Origin: Ophelia neglecta
Taxonomy: Eukaryota
Assembly: GCA_965285935.1 (NCBI GenBank)
Contig: OZ260661.1
Location: forward strand, 20,646,001 to 20,710,000
Length of the DNA: 64,000 nt
Direction: 5' to 3'
Every line of letters starts with the position of its first letter. Within the stretch, counting starts at the first letter, position 1. Position numbers and translations under genes: made by a program. This document shows positions 14,923 through 27,454 of the stretch, piece by piece. The notes under the pieces were generated by a model. The model did not search any database and was not told where the DNA came from. It saw nothing but the letters and a program-made list of their open reading frames with translations.

Positions 14923-15639
14923 TATATCTCATAGCAGCTGTTGATTGCTTTTCTTTCTGAACCTGTTGACTTCTTCTCATGATAACTGCTGACTAATTCT
15001 CAATAACTGCTGACTAATTCTCACTAGAAATGTTGACTTATTTCTAATCATGTAGCCCTGGTGTCTAAGTTACTGATGCAGGAATGCTAATATAGATTCA
15101 AACAAGTATTTTCCAAATTCACATATAAATACTTTACAAGTTTATCAAAGAATGAAACACGCCTTGCGCATTTGGCGACTCAAATAATAGATTTTATCAT
15201 ATTAATTGATAGTCAATATACGATCGATGAATTTGTACTTCACATGTAGGTTCCAGTTCCCACTGTTTTAACACCTACGCAGCAAAAGACTGCAATAATA
15301 GTACTAGGAGTTTTTTTTTTCACCTGCGTCATACTGATATATTCAGTCCGTTTTTTCATGAAAAACAGCGATTTTTGTAGTATTTATTGGTAATAATCAT
15401 TCGATCATTAATATTACTATTAGGGCGTTATTATTAGGAAATGGAGATTTATTGATGCCATCATACACAATAATATATTGATAGTTAGATATTTTCCCCC
15501 TATGCCGGGACGCTATCATTAGCACAGGCCATTGTCGATAAACGCCCTATTGGTATAGGGGGAGCCATGGTCGCCGGAGTTCCTCCTACTCTTTAACGCG
15601 TTATTGTTATGGTTTACGTGACGTTTCTCAAAGATTAAG

Positions 15640-15790
15640 CGACGTTATTGCCAATATTTAACTGGCCTTATTGCCAATGTTTACACTGCATTATTGCCAA
15701 GGTATATATGACGTTATTGCCTAGGTTAAAACGGCGTTACTGCTAAGGTTTACACGGCGTTATTACCGTGTGTTATATGGCGTTATTACA
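15640..15790 (+). repeat. Degenerate ~22-bp tandem repeat (…ACGGCGTTATTGCCAAGGTTT…)
   Basis: Recurring (G)CGTTATTGCC/TTATTACC core, about 6-7 times. Confidence 0.55.
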
Positions 15791-17726
15791 AAGACTTACA
15801 TGGTTTTATTTCCTGACTTTAGCCATTTCCTCAAAACCGTCTAATTCAATCTAGAATCGAATGACTTTTGTCTGCTTTTGGTGTAAAACTAAATAAGATA
15901 AAATTGTTTTATCTCTTCGCTTCACATTTAAAGCTGGGTATAAGGAAATAAGATCGGAGGTCATTGGTTTGGGTTCCGCGGATGCATAAAATAGGTTATT
16001 GTATTATTAAAAGATAGGATCTCCTTGTCCTACACAGGGCTGATAAGGCGACCGTCGGCTATGCCCATGTCGCTCTCTGGATATAGAATCTAGAAAAGCA
16101 GCCTGACTATGAATTTTTCATTTGATAAAAAGCATTTCATGGCGGTGCCTCTGGTGTACGTCTTCTAGTTTATCATGTCGATCCCTGCGGCTGGAAGAAT
16201 GGTGTGTTCTCTGAATCAAACAAGTTCTACCTAGTGTAAAGAACATTTATCAATCGATTTTATCCTTTGTGTATTTTGCCCCTGGTTTCAAATCACATCA
16301 GAGAATAAGAGTACATTCCGGTCATTGCCCACACTTTCTTTCCAAAATAGAATGTCTTTCATCAAACAATCTGAGTTTTTATTGTAATAATATGTTGGGC
16401 CAGCATGGTAATATAAAGAAGTTTAATGTCTAAGCTTTGCAGATGGATATGTGACCATAAACTTTCCCTTCATAAATCTAAAGCTAAATCTTCATCTTCC
16501 GTGGACCAAGATATAAACCTAGGCCAGATCACAATGGAAAAGTATATATAAATCTGGTACTGAAATTGAATGTGGTATTTTAATTTCCTTGGTATTTGGT
16601 GTAATGAAGGTCTAATCTAGTTATACCGTGATCATAACCGTAGTAGTATTAGTATCCGCCATATTGGTGTTGTAATCAAACTTTGCACTAACTGTTTTTA
16701 CACCAAAAACTGCCACGATTTGCCTTGGCTTGGTAATTGGGTGTCACCGGGGCCAATACCGGGAAGGGTTGACTGTGGCTTAATTACTTTGCTTAAAGGA
16801 TTTTACATGAGTAAATGCACTCAATGCACTAATAATACGAGTTGTACTTATTGTTTTTGATCATTTACTGATACACGGTGTACCCAATCATTTGGTTCTC
16901 CTACAATAAGTATTGGCTTGTCATCTCCCCAGAGGGAGGCGCGGACGAAAACACTTTACGGCGGATGTTTGCCGCCTAAGACTACCATTAATAAGTGCAA
17001 ATTTTCAGGCCATATATATTTACCTAAATTGGCAGTATATCCATTAAAATTGAGGAAACAGGCTGTTTTGGAATTACTGGAGGACAATACATATTCAATT
17101 ATGATCTTTATTTCTGTATTAAAACCCACTTTTGGTTATTTCCGTAGTACATGGTGAACATGGTAGAAATGCCTAAATATACAGAGATTTCGAAAAATAA
17201 TGTAGCCTTATTCCAAGACAGCTCCGCCGGCAACCGATCCTTAATATCTATAGCAGATGTCCCCAAAGCTAAAACGCTAAAGCTATTGGCGGCACAGTGT
17301 GATCCGGAATATAATGACAGTACCCCCCCCCCCCCCTCCCTGATACTGCGGTCATCACATGCCATGTAGCCATATTCATATCATGTGAAGTCAAATTGAT
17401 GTATATTCATAGCATGATTTGACCTTCCATTGACACTTCATCCTTTACAACAAATACAATGTCTAAATCGTAGTCTCTCATTGACACAAACAACAATTTA
17501 TGGCACCGATTGAGAATAATTACTGATTGACCTCAACTTTGTAACCTTTGTGATTTGAACACCATGCTGGCGTTTCGTCATGTATGTATTATATAGAAAC
17601 AGCATGGTGTGTTTTTTTTTACGTGAATTGAAATAGCAAATTGTTATTTGAATTAGTGTATTAAACTACGTCTGAATGCTGATGTATATGTGGTTGTCAG
17701 AGCATTCCTGGCCGCCTTGCTATGGT

Positions 17727-18383
17727 TAAATGGCAAACCGCCTGGGACCAGGCCATAGAAAACGAACTGCACTCTATCCGCCCCACCATACCGAAATCAT
17801 TTCGACAGCCTCTTGCCTCCCGGATAGACGACTTGATCATGTCTCGTCTGCGCATCGGCCACTCACATTTTACACACACTCACCTTCTGAGAAGAGAGGA
17901 CCCACCTTTTTGTGAGGGCTGCCAATGCCAGATTACCATCCAACACATTCTCTTGGAATGTAGCGATTTCGCCGAGGCTAGATACCGTTTTTATAACGTT
18001 AACAGCCTCAAAACCTTATTCGACAAGGTCTGCCAACAGCAGATCCTTAATTTCTTAAAATCGATAGATCTCTACTACAAAATGTAGTAGATCTTAAACC
18101 AATTTTAATGTGCGAAAGTTTATGGAACTTTCTTTTATCTATTTATTGAACAACTAACCTTTTACCTTCCTTTACTAACACATTTTAGTCAGAAAAATAT
18201 CTGACCCATCCACCTAGAAGATTTTTTTTATAAAATAGAGCTCAATAACCGCTTACTTCTTACTATTATCCCCGTGTACATAAAAAAGGCAGTACAATAA
18301 ACGATTAACTATACCCAACTTAAGACACTAAATGACCCACATGGTGTCTATGTGTCGTTAAGCCCCAAAAATCCAAATCCAAA
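17727..18383 (+). mobile_element. 5'-truncated non-LTR retrotransposon (RNase H-bearing I/Nimb-like group): ORF2 C-terminus plus 3'UTR
   Basis: ORF 17722-18087 has the motifs WQ..W, SRLRIGHSHFTH and C..C….TIQHILLEC, typical of the ORF2 C-terminus. (CCAAAT)n tail. TSD of about 21 bp, TCCTGGCCGCCTTG(C/T)TATGGT (17706-17726 and 18384-18404). A paralogous empty site lies near 19903-19925. Confidence 0.88.
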
Positions 18384-18769
18384 TCCTGGCCGCCTTGTTA
18401 TGGTAAAGTCGGGTGAGTTAGCACATCGTTTAATAACGCTAAGTAAATAGCCTTAGTACGCACACATCATAAACTCTCGTTGGCACAAAATTGACGCCAT
18501 TGACCATTAAACCTGTTCACATGGAGGATGTAAAAGATCCTTGCATTATTAAGAGGAAACTATCATCGCATCTGCTGCCCATTGGATTCTTGCACCAACA
18601 ACAAAATTATTTCAGGTCCGGTTAAGTAAGGGCAGCACAAGTGCATTTCTTTCCGCAGAATGCCCTTGCTCTATAGGAGTGTAATATATTTTATTCTATT
18701 AAAACAATCCGGTTATATTTATAGTTTATTCATACGATCCTGTTTTAATTGTAATTTTGACATCGTGTA

Positions 18770-18864
18770 CCCGTGATAGCTCAGTTGGTAGAGCGGGAGA
18801 CTGTAGTGGTTGGTCAAATGACTGATATCTCTATAAATCACCGATTCGACTCCGGTTCGCGGGA
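18770..18864 (+). pseudogene. tRNA-Tyr(GTA) variant, 20-nt intron, altered variable loop/T-stem
   Basis: The 5' exon is perfect. The 3' exon reads ATCTCTATAAATCACCGATTCGA instead of ATCTCTAGGTCACTGGTTCGA. Confidence 0.75.
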
Positions 18865-19446
18865 CACATTCTTTTGCTTAGTAATGTCCAATTACCAACA
18901 TGCCGCCGACTCATCGCTGGCATCCGCACGGTGGCATCCGCACGGTGTAGCTGCCTTCATATATTCCTATTAAACCTCCAATTTTTACTTCATTGATTTA
19001 CAAACCTTCCGATATGCAGCTTATTGGCCCAGCCATGAATAAATCGGAGCATTTAATCATTTATTTTATTATCGCAGTCTCTTATGATGACCGCCATCAT
19101 TTTTCCCGTGTCTGACAATGGTCCATGCCGTCCAAGTGTCCCATTAAAATATTGCAAAATATGCACCAATTTTTGGATTTCAAAGCTGGATTGAATAGCT
19201 TTGCTGGAATTTCAAGATTTTGTTGTTGTTGCTGAAATTAACTATTGCCACGCAGTTATGTAAGTGTGCTTCCCTGAGTATTGTCGGCCAATCTTTAAGT
19301 CTGTATGGAGTTCTTCCCTCCATATACACTGATCAGCCAAAAAATATAATGAACATCTGATGTCGCCAGATGGGTCATTGATAAGAACAATACCTAGGGT
19401 TTTGTATGAAGTAGGGTTAAATTTTGTATGAACGAAAAAGGAAGTT

Positions 19447-19533
19447 TCCCGCGAACCGGAGTTGTACGTGACCTAGAGATATCAGTTATTTAACCACTAC
19501 AGTCTCCCGCTCTACCAACTGAGCTATCACGGG
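19447..19533 (-). pseudogene. tRNA-Tyr(GTA) with disrupted T-loop/B-box
   Basis: Reverse-strand copy. The GGTTCGA region is replaced (plus strand GTTGTACGTG). Confidence 0.8.
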
Positions 19534-19937
19534 TACATACACCACCCATAAATAAACACTATCAGTAAAGAACATTTCGATATGATTGATTAATCTTAAT
19601 CTTTCTTAGGCTTTCGCAGAAATGTACTCAGTAAATAACCTTAGTACGGGCACATCGTTGACACTCGTTGGCACAAATTTAGAACAATGACTCCATTGAC
19701 CATTTGACCTGTTCGTTGTAACCTCCTTTGTGATTTGAACATCATGCTGTGCTTTAAACTGTAACATTTGTATTTTATATAAATCCATATCTGATTAGTA
19801 TTCATCTTACTGGCATAGTATGTAATATTATTGGAAAAGATTCATCGTCATTTAGATTAGTGTATTAAGTTGTCAGAATGATGTTGATGCGGGTATCAGC
19901 ACATTCCTGTCCGCCGTACTCTGGCTAAGACTGGAAA

Positions 19938-20395
19938 GATGTAAAAGGTCCTTACAGTCTATCACATGTCTAATTAAGGATGTAAGACGTCCTTACAGTC
20001 TATCGCATGTATAATGAAGGATGGAAAAGGTCCTTACAGTCTATCACATGTCTAATGAAGGATGGAAAACGTCCTTACAGTCTATCACATGTCTAATGAA
20101 GGATGTAGAAGGTCCTTACAATCTATCACATGTCTAATGAAGGATGGAAAACGTCCTTACAGTCAATCACATGTCTAATGAAGGATGCAAAAGGTCCTTA
20201 CAGTCTATCACATGTCTAATGAAGGATGGAAAACGTCCTTACAGTCTATCACATGTCTAATGAAGGATGTAGAAGGTCCTTACAATCTATCACATGTATA
20301 ATGAAGAATGTACAACGTCCTTGCAGTCTATCACATGTCTAATTAAGGTTGTAAAACGAACTTATCACATGTCTAATGAAGGTTGTAGAAGGTCT
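19938..20395 (+). repeat. 41-bp minisatellite, about 11 copies
   Basis: Unit GATGTAAAAGGTCCTTACAGTCTATCACATGTCTAATGAAG; GTCC recurs at 19948, 19989, 20030 and onward. Confidence 0.9.
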
Positions 20396-20795
20396 TAAGG
20401 TCAATATTCAGAGGAAACTGTTATCGCATCTGTTGCACATCGGATTCTTGCTACCACAACAAAATGTTACTTCAGTTCAGGTTTAGTAAGGGCGGCTCAT
20501 ATTTCTTTCATCAGTATGACCTTGCTCTATAGGAGAGTAATATATTTTTCCTATTAACACTATCACGTTTTATTTGCTCTAGCATTAGGTTCCATTAACG
20601 CATTTGCCGCGGGCAAACACATGGTATTCGGTATCTGCCGTTAGCCCTGTACTGTAACTGTAATGCACTAAATATGTGTGAAAAACTCGCTTAATTGTCA
20701 CTCTAGCAGTCGACCTTGGTATTAAATGATCTGGTCATGTTGTCGCGCAGTTTGTTCATATTGTCCTGTTTTAATTGTGAAGTGCACGACGTGTA

Positions 20796-20888
20796 CCCGT
20801 GATAGCTCAGTTGGTAGAGCGGGAGACTGTAGTGGTTATTAAGCTGACTGATATCTCTAGGTCACTGGTTCGACTCCGGTTCGCGGGA
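20796..20888 (+). tRNA. tRNA-Tyr-GTA: tRNA-Tyr(GTA), 20-nt intron, intact exons
   Basis: CCCGTGA/TCGCGGG acceptor stem with C1:G72 and A73. A-box TAGCTCAGTTGG, anticodon loop CT-GTA-G, intron after nt 37, B-box GGTTCGACTCC, T7 terminator. Confidence 0.93.
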
Positions 20889-21549
20889 CAAATTTTTTTG
20901 CATAAAATTGTCCTTTTACCAGAAGGGCTACAACTTTGCTGGCATCCGAACGCTTGTTCTTTTGGGTATTTTCTAAATACATGCGGGATAACTCTTCGCC
21001 AAGGGAACTTTTTTTTTTTTGATGCAGAATACTTTCCATTCATTGTTCGTCATTTCCGCCCGGTGTAGCTGCCTTCTTATATTCTTATTAAGTATTCAAT
21101 TTTTACTTCATTGATTGACAAAACTGACGATATGCAGCAAATCGGACCAGCCGTGAACAAATCGGAGCTTTTCTTTAAATCTATTATATTATCGCCACCG
21201 ACACTAATGATGGCCCGTCATCATTTTTTCCGGTGTCTGACCATGGTCCATGCCATCCAAATGCCCTATTTAAAATGTTGCAAAAAATGCACCATTTGTT
21301 GAGGTTTCAAAGCAGGATTGAATTGATTTTTTGCTGAAATAAACTATTGCCAGTATTTAACTAAGTGTGCTTACCTCAGTTTTGAAGTCTAATCTATAAG
21401 TCTGTGTAGTGTTCTTCCCTCCAAAAACACTGTTCAAGCAAAATACACAATAAAAAACTAAATTCGCAAGATGGATAATTGATGATAAAAATACCTAGGA
21501 TTTTATATAAAGTTAAGGTTAAATATTTGTATGAACGAAAAAGAATGTG

Positions 21550-21638
21550 TCCTGCGAACCGGAGTCGAACCAGTGACCCAGAAATATCAGTTAGTTAACC
21601 ACTACAGTCTCCCGCTCTACCAACTGAGCTATCTCGGG
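21550..21638 (-). pseudogene. tRNA-Tyr(GTA) with several stem substitutions
   Basis: Full length, but the acceptor (CCCGAGA/TCGCAGG) and anticodon stems carry mismatches. Confidence 0.75.
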
Positions 21639-21744
21639 TACACGATGTGACCATCACAATTACATACCATTTTGTAAACCTTCTGTTGATGAAGCAAAAT
21701 GCAGAGAATGGGTTAGACTATGCAACAGGAAAAAATTGTGACAC

Positions 21745-22656
21745 TGTAAATTAATGCACTATACACTCCAAATGCTGTGGGACAAGTAGCCTTGGCTTTT
21801 TGTTAGGGATAGGCCATATGTTTTCATCTCTCTGTATTTGTGCTTTCCGTGCTTTCTTTGTCACCAACCTTGCCTTGGTATTCTCTGACATATCCATGGC
21901 AGGGAGTGGGTTTGGGAAGTCAGAATGGGGCTTGCCTGTGTCGTCCAACTTGATGAAATGTTTGGTGCAGATATATGTGTATACTGTGTCACCTCTTTCA
22001 CAGTAAAATGTTTCCTGTTGCATAGTCTAACCCATTCTCTGCATTTTGCTTCATCAACAGAAGTTTTACAGAATGGGATGAACTTTACTCCCACTATATC
22101 TGGTCTTGGTCTCTTCCCCTCTGGGCCATACCTGCTGTCACTGGTACATGTGCCATGAGCACATCGCTTGTTGCCCATTTCTGACGACTGTAAATAAATA
22201 AATCATATTATTTCGATACATTCAGAAGCGAGGTAAAGTGAAGTCATAGCCAATTATTCTTAAAATGAACAATACTGAACTTTGTAGCAAAGAAATCGCA
22301 TTTGCGGACACCGCCGGTTGATTACTAGGCGCGACGTAATGGAAATATACCATAATATCGCCCGCGCTACCTTCGAACGACTTCTATAAAATCCGCATGA
22401 AATCTCCGTTATTTAAGCCAAAACGGCTCTCAGGTCTAAGTTATGTCATGACTATAAGGTATCTGACCATATGATATCAAGAATAGTTTAATAAATGATA
22501 CCTGCTTGACTAAAAACTGTGTTTAATTCCGAACGATTTCAAGCCGCACCTGCATTGCATTCACGCTAGTCTGTTATGGCCGAAGCAAATGTTTGCACCG
22601 GCCGAGTGTCGCGTAGCAACAACGAGCGGTGTGAACCGCGTACATGAAAAAGGTCT
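21745..22656 (-). mobile_element. Truncated THAP-encoding DNA transposon end (ISL2EU-like)
   Basis: Frameshifted THAP domain (MGNKRCAHGTC…FIPF…EWVRLCNR… / ICTKHF…FPNP; ORFs 21861-22178 and 21751-22023). Terminus AT|AGACCTTTTTCATGTACGCGGTT on the minus strand abuts a tRNA fragment. The other end is missing. Confidence 0.7.
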
Positions 22657-22658
22657 AT

Positions 22659-22672
22659 TGAGCTATCACGGG
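22659..22672 (-). pseudogene. tRNA-Tyr 5' fragment (nt 1-14) interrupted by a transposon
   Basis: TGAGCTATCACGGG is followed by flank homologous to that of the 19447-19533 copy. Confidence 0.75.
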
Positions 22673-23079
22673 TACATGCATCACACTTAAATTAACACTA
22701 TAAGTAAAGAAAATTTCGATATAATTGATTAAGCTTAATCTTTCTTAAGCCTTCTCAGAAGTGTTCTCAGTAAGTAGTCTTAGTATGCGCACATCGGAAA
22801 CTCTCGTTGGTACGTTGGTACAAATTTAGAACAATGTCGCCATTGACCATTTGACCTGTTCGTTGTAACCTCCTTTGTGATTTGAACGTCATCCTGCGCT
22901 ATCCTTATTTGTATTTTATATAAAAACCATATCTGATTAGTATTCATTTTACTGGCATAGTATGTAATATTATGGGAAAAGATGCATCGTCATTTAGATT
23001 AGTGTATTAAGTTGTCAGAACGATGTTGAGACGGGTATCAGCACATTCCTGTCCGCCGTACTCTGGCTAAGACTGGAAA

Positions 23080-23300
23080 TATGTAAAAGGTCCTTACAGC
23101 CTATCACATGTCTAATTAAGGATGTAAGACGTCCTTACAGTCTATCGCATGTATAATGAAGCGTGTAAAACGTCCTTACAACCTATTACATGTCTAATGG
23201 AGGTTGTAAAAGGTCCTTACAGTCTATCACATGTTTCATGAAGATTGTAAAAGGTCCTTAAACCTATCACATGTCTAAAGGAGGATGCAGAAGGTCCTTG
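23080..23300 (+). repeat. 41-bp minisatellite, about 5-6 copies (paralog of 19938-20395)
   Basis: Same unit, inside the duplicated block 22675-23560, which resembles 19535-20670. Confidence 0.85.
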
Positions 23301-23891
23301 CAATATTAAGAGGAAACTGTTTTCGCATCTGATGCATATCGAAATTTTGCAACAACAAAAATTCCTTCAGGCCACGTTTAGTAAGGGCAGCTCATATTTC
23401 AGTATGACCTTGCTCTGTAGAAGAGTAATATATTTTTTCTATTAACACTGTCCCGCTATATGTGCTCTAACATTAGCGTCCATTATCACATTTGCCGCGG
23501 GCAAACACGTGGTATTCGGGATCTGCCGTTAGCCTAGCACTGTGACTATGATGCATTAGTATACGTTTCTATTGTCACAAGTCAAGATTCTTTTGGGGAA
23601 GGTGGAAGGCAACTGTCTACTACAACATTATCAATAATGTTCTAGAAGATTATTGATAATGTTCAGCAGACGGTTGTCTAGACACTGTCTGGCTTGACCG
23701 TATACTAAGTGCGCCCTGTCGCACTTTATTATGAATAACCCTGGAGCCTCGAACACTATCTCTCACTTAATATGTATGAAAAAGCTCGTTAAATTTCACT
23801 AGAGAAGTCGACCATGGTATAACTGCTTTGGTCATGTTGTCGCGTAGTTTGTTCATATGGTCCTGTTTTAATTGTAGGTTGACAACGTGTA

Positions 23892-23980
23892 GCCGTGATA
23901 GCTCAGTTGGTAGAGCGGGAGACTGTAGTGGTAAACTGACTGATATCTCTAGGTCACTGGTTCGACTCCGGTTCGCGGGA
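23892..23980 (+). tRNA. tRNA-Tyr-GTA: tRNA-Tyr(GTA), 16-nt intron, C1>G variant
   Basis: Consensus except the first base (GCCGTGA); T8 terminator. Confidence 0.8.
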
Positions 23981-26900
23981 CACATTTTTTTAACGAAATA
24001 ATGTCCAATTACCAACGCGGCAACGACAACTGAATACATGCGGGATAACGCTTCACCAAGGGTACAGTTGGCTGGATGCAGAATCATTTCGATGATTCCT
24101 TAATCTAGCAAGGTCTAGCTGTCACTAGTCATGAACAGATTATATTGCAACATTTAGCAACAATATTGAATACGCAAACACCGTATTCAAAAAAAAGCTG
24201 CAATTGCTGCCTAATGGTCATTTAAATCCAGGCTAAAGACTCATTTCTTTAGGCTCGCCTTTAATTGCTGATTGGCCGGTAATTAATGTGTGCCATTTCT
24301 TTCTTTAGTACTGTGTTTTAAATTCGTTTTGTATGTAACTTTTATTTGATTTCTATTGAGGTTTTATGTATACTTTTTAAGTGTTTTAGCGCTTTTGAGC
24401 TCATATACGAGGAAGGAAAAGAGCTCTCTATAAATGGAAATATTATTATAATTATAAAAGTTATGTGGCTATAGAGGGTCCCAAGAAAAGGGGAGCCTCC
24501 GCGTCTGGCTGGATAAGATACTACTCTCCTCGCAACGTCGGGCGGTATAGAGCTAACGATAATTTTTGAACGTTTTCTAAATGTATAACGTCGGACCTCA
24601 CGGTCACACTTCCGAACGTGTCGGGGCCTCGTTCAGGTGGTTATTACTCCGGTGGTATGCACAGCCAGACGATAATCCTTCGTGAATCTGTCCATTTGAC
24701 CGATTCGCCGCCCGGTCTCTTTTAAAACCGTTGTCGGCGGGGTGGAAATCTTTACTGTTGGGTGTTAACAGTAGAAAAGAACCCTCGCATTACAAGCCGA
24801 TTCTGAAACCCTTGAAGTTGACCCTCCTCTCCATGTGCCGCCTTTGGACACTGGCACTTTCTACGGGGAGGATGATTAGCGCCCTCCAATGAGACGAAGG
24901 GAAATATTGACGTGGGCAGCACCATCAAGAATGGTTCTAGTAGTGTCCTATTCATATGCACCCTTAGGCGACATTTCCAATACACTAAGTAAGCCTTAAC
25001 ATGAGAATGTCCAGGGGTACAATCGCCATGGGACTGGCTGGTTGTTGGCGTAATGAGGAGCACGATGAGGTTGGGTCCTATTATCCCTTCAGTAACGTCT
25101 ACCTCTATGGTTATGGCTGTTAGTAAATTGGTGTACTGTGGGGGATATCACAGATAATATACATTGAGTCTGTTGTCTATTACCCTGCTCACAGTGGCAG
25201 TACCTAAGATCGCTATGGCAAGTGATCTTCAGAGATAAATTGTTGCCCTTTGTGAGCAGAGCAGGGTAGATGTCTATAGGCCTATACAGTAGTGTTGGTG
25301 TCTTCTGACGAGGGGAAGCAGCCATGCCTCCTATATACCATATAACTCATCTGATATTTTTAGTTTTACCTTTAGCCTTGAACCGGAATATTACAGCACT
25401 TCTTTCTTAGTTGTCCCGAAGACTAGAACGTAAATATAGCCAAAAGGTCTAGGATAATTCCAGTATCCATTTGTTATTTCCAGCTAAAAACCGCTTCTGT
25501 TCTTATTTGCCTGCCAGCTGGCGAATCTAAGCAGCCAGCAGCACATTTTTCGCTGTTCCCGAGCAGTACACTGAACAGTTACATTAGGTCGGTGTAAGGG
25601 TGTGCACTACATGTATTGTACATGTAGTTCCGTACTGTCGTCTCCAGGAGAAGATCTGATGGCAGCCAGCCATGAAATTTTTGTATGGTGATCTGTTCTT
25701 ATGAGGATATTTTGCTAGTCAGCTGAAAGTAAAATCAGAACAGATCCTTGAGGACCCCGCGTCATTCTTGTAGGCTTATGAGACTATACATTGGTCAAAA
25801 GAGTAGGCGGGGGGGGGGGGGGGGCGGGGGGGGGGGGGGGGTTGAAGAAAAAAGTATGTTCGGCCTATTTGAAAAGGAAAAGGAGTTTGTTAACGTTCTA
25901 TGAGTCAATAAATATAAGGCAGACTAAAAAGAGCTTGTATTTCAAAAAAATTGTCGCGAACACATTTTTTAAAACAAATTTCCTATTACGAGCAAATTTT
26001 TAAAAAAATCTTAAAATTTTGCATTTCTCCTTTTGTGATTTGTTTTATCGCATGTCTGTTCGGTACATTAATCTGCCGACGGTCTGATCTCCTATAACCT
26101 TCGTACATTATACTTTATGACTGTTCTTGGTGGTGCTTCCCACTTCAAGGTTTAACTTTGCCTAGTCAGAGCAGATTTCGTATTATAATGTGATCCGGCC
26201 CTGTGCTGTGCATTCAGCCCTAAATGCATTCTCAACTACTTGAGGTGCTAAATGGCACAAGTGTATGAGGTTTTTTTTTCCTAGGGTGACGCAATTTTTT
26301 TTATTTTAAAGATAAAAGGCGATGGACTGGAATGGCATCGTTGGATTTGGCCTATGAACATTTCATAAAATATTTAACCCGCCCCCCAGGCCCTCCTTTG
26401 TTGGGACGTCCCGCTCGAAGGTCGCAATTTTTAGCAAAATACCCTCTAACTAGGGCTCTTATTTTGGCCGAAGTGTCCTTAAAACAGGTCTAGTGTCTCC
26501 ATCGGGACCTCCCTACACAAATATAAGAGAGTGCCCCCTCCTCCTCCCCCCCCCCCCTCCAACCGCCTCGGGTTATAATTACACCGCCCATCGTTCATAA
26601 CTCGTACATTTTTACGACCATACACTCGACCTCCTTACAGCGACCTTTATGAACGTTTTTGACGGCCTTTACATGACAAAGTGTCCTCTCTCACCCCTGA
26701 TTGGGCGTCTTGTATAATCACACCACACAGCCTGATCACTGGAACGTATGATTAAGCTAAACAGATGAGTGAGAAGGCTAGAGGTGAATACTTCCCCAGA
26801 AAATATACCCTTGTCGCGGACTTCCCCGGGACGATCCGATAATCGGAAACACAGTTTTGTGATTGCACACGCACCGGTGTTAATTGGGGTAAAGACAGAA

Positions 26901-27454
26901 GTGATTAATCACCCAGACATACTACTTATACAGTAGCTATTACCGGTACACCGAAAGTGGGTCATGTTTTTGATCAAGGACGCGAGAGGGGGCAGGAATA
27001 GGGGGGGGGGGGCACTTTAACTTATCGAAGTGTGTACTGCTGGAGGACAACCAACCCCGCCAATACACCTTTATAAATCAAAGTAGTATTTTGCTTAGGC
27101 GTCAAAGATCTTCAAACGCAATATTCTGTGCGCAGAAGTAATTAGCGTTGCCATAACACAGATTCAGCAGTGGTGCAGTGTGGTCCACGGACGGGATGGG
27201 TGTATGGAGAGGTCAAGGTGGGGGGGGGGGGGGGGTTGATGGGATGGGATCATTGGTAAGGCTGATAAGGAGAGATGAGGCTGGGGTAGGGGATTGGTTC
27301 GGCGAAAAATAACTTTCTTTCTTCTTTCTGTAAATAAAAATTTATTCGGCGATGCAAAAGTATTGTGGTTACAGTTTTAAAAGTAACGTTTATAATAGTT
27401 ATTGATATGCAACTGTTTAATTTATTTGTTTACCTTCGTTTGCAAAAGAACTAT

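Noticed and set aside
19938-20395. CRISPR-like periodicity
   Set aside because: Contiguous tandem units without unique spacers, no cas genes, and a eukaryotic context.
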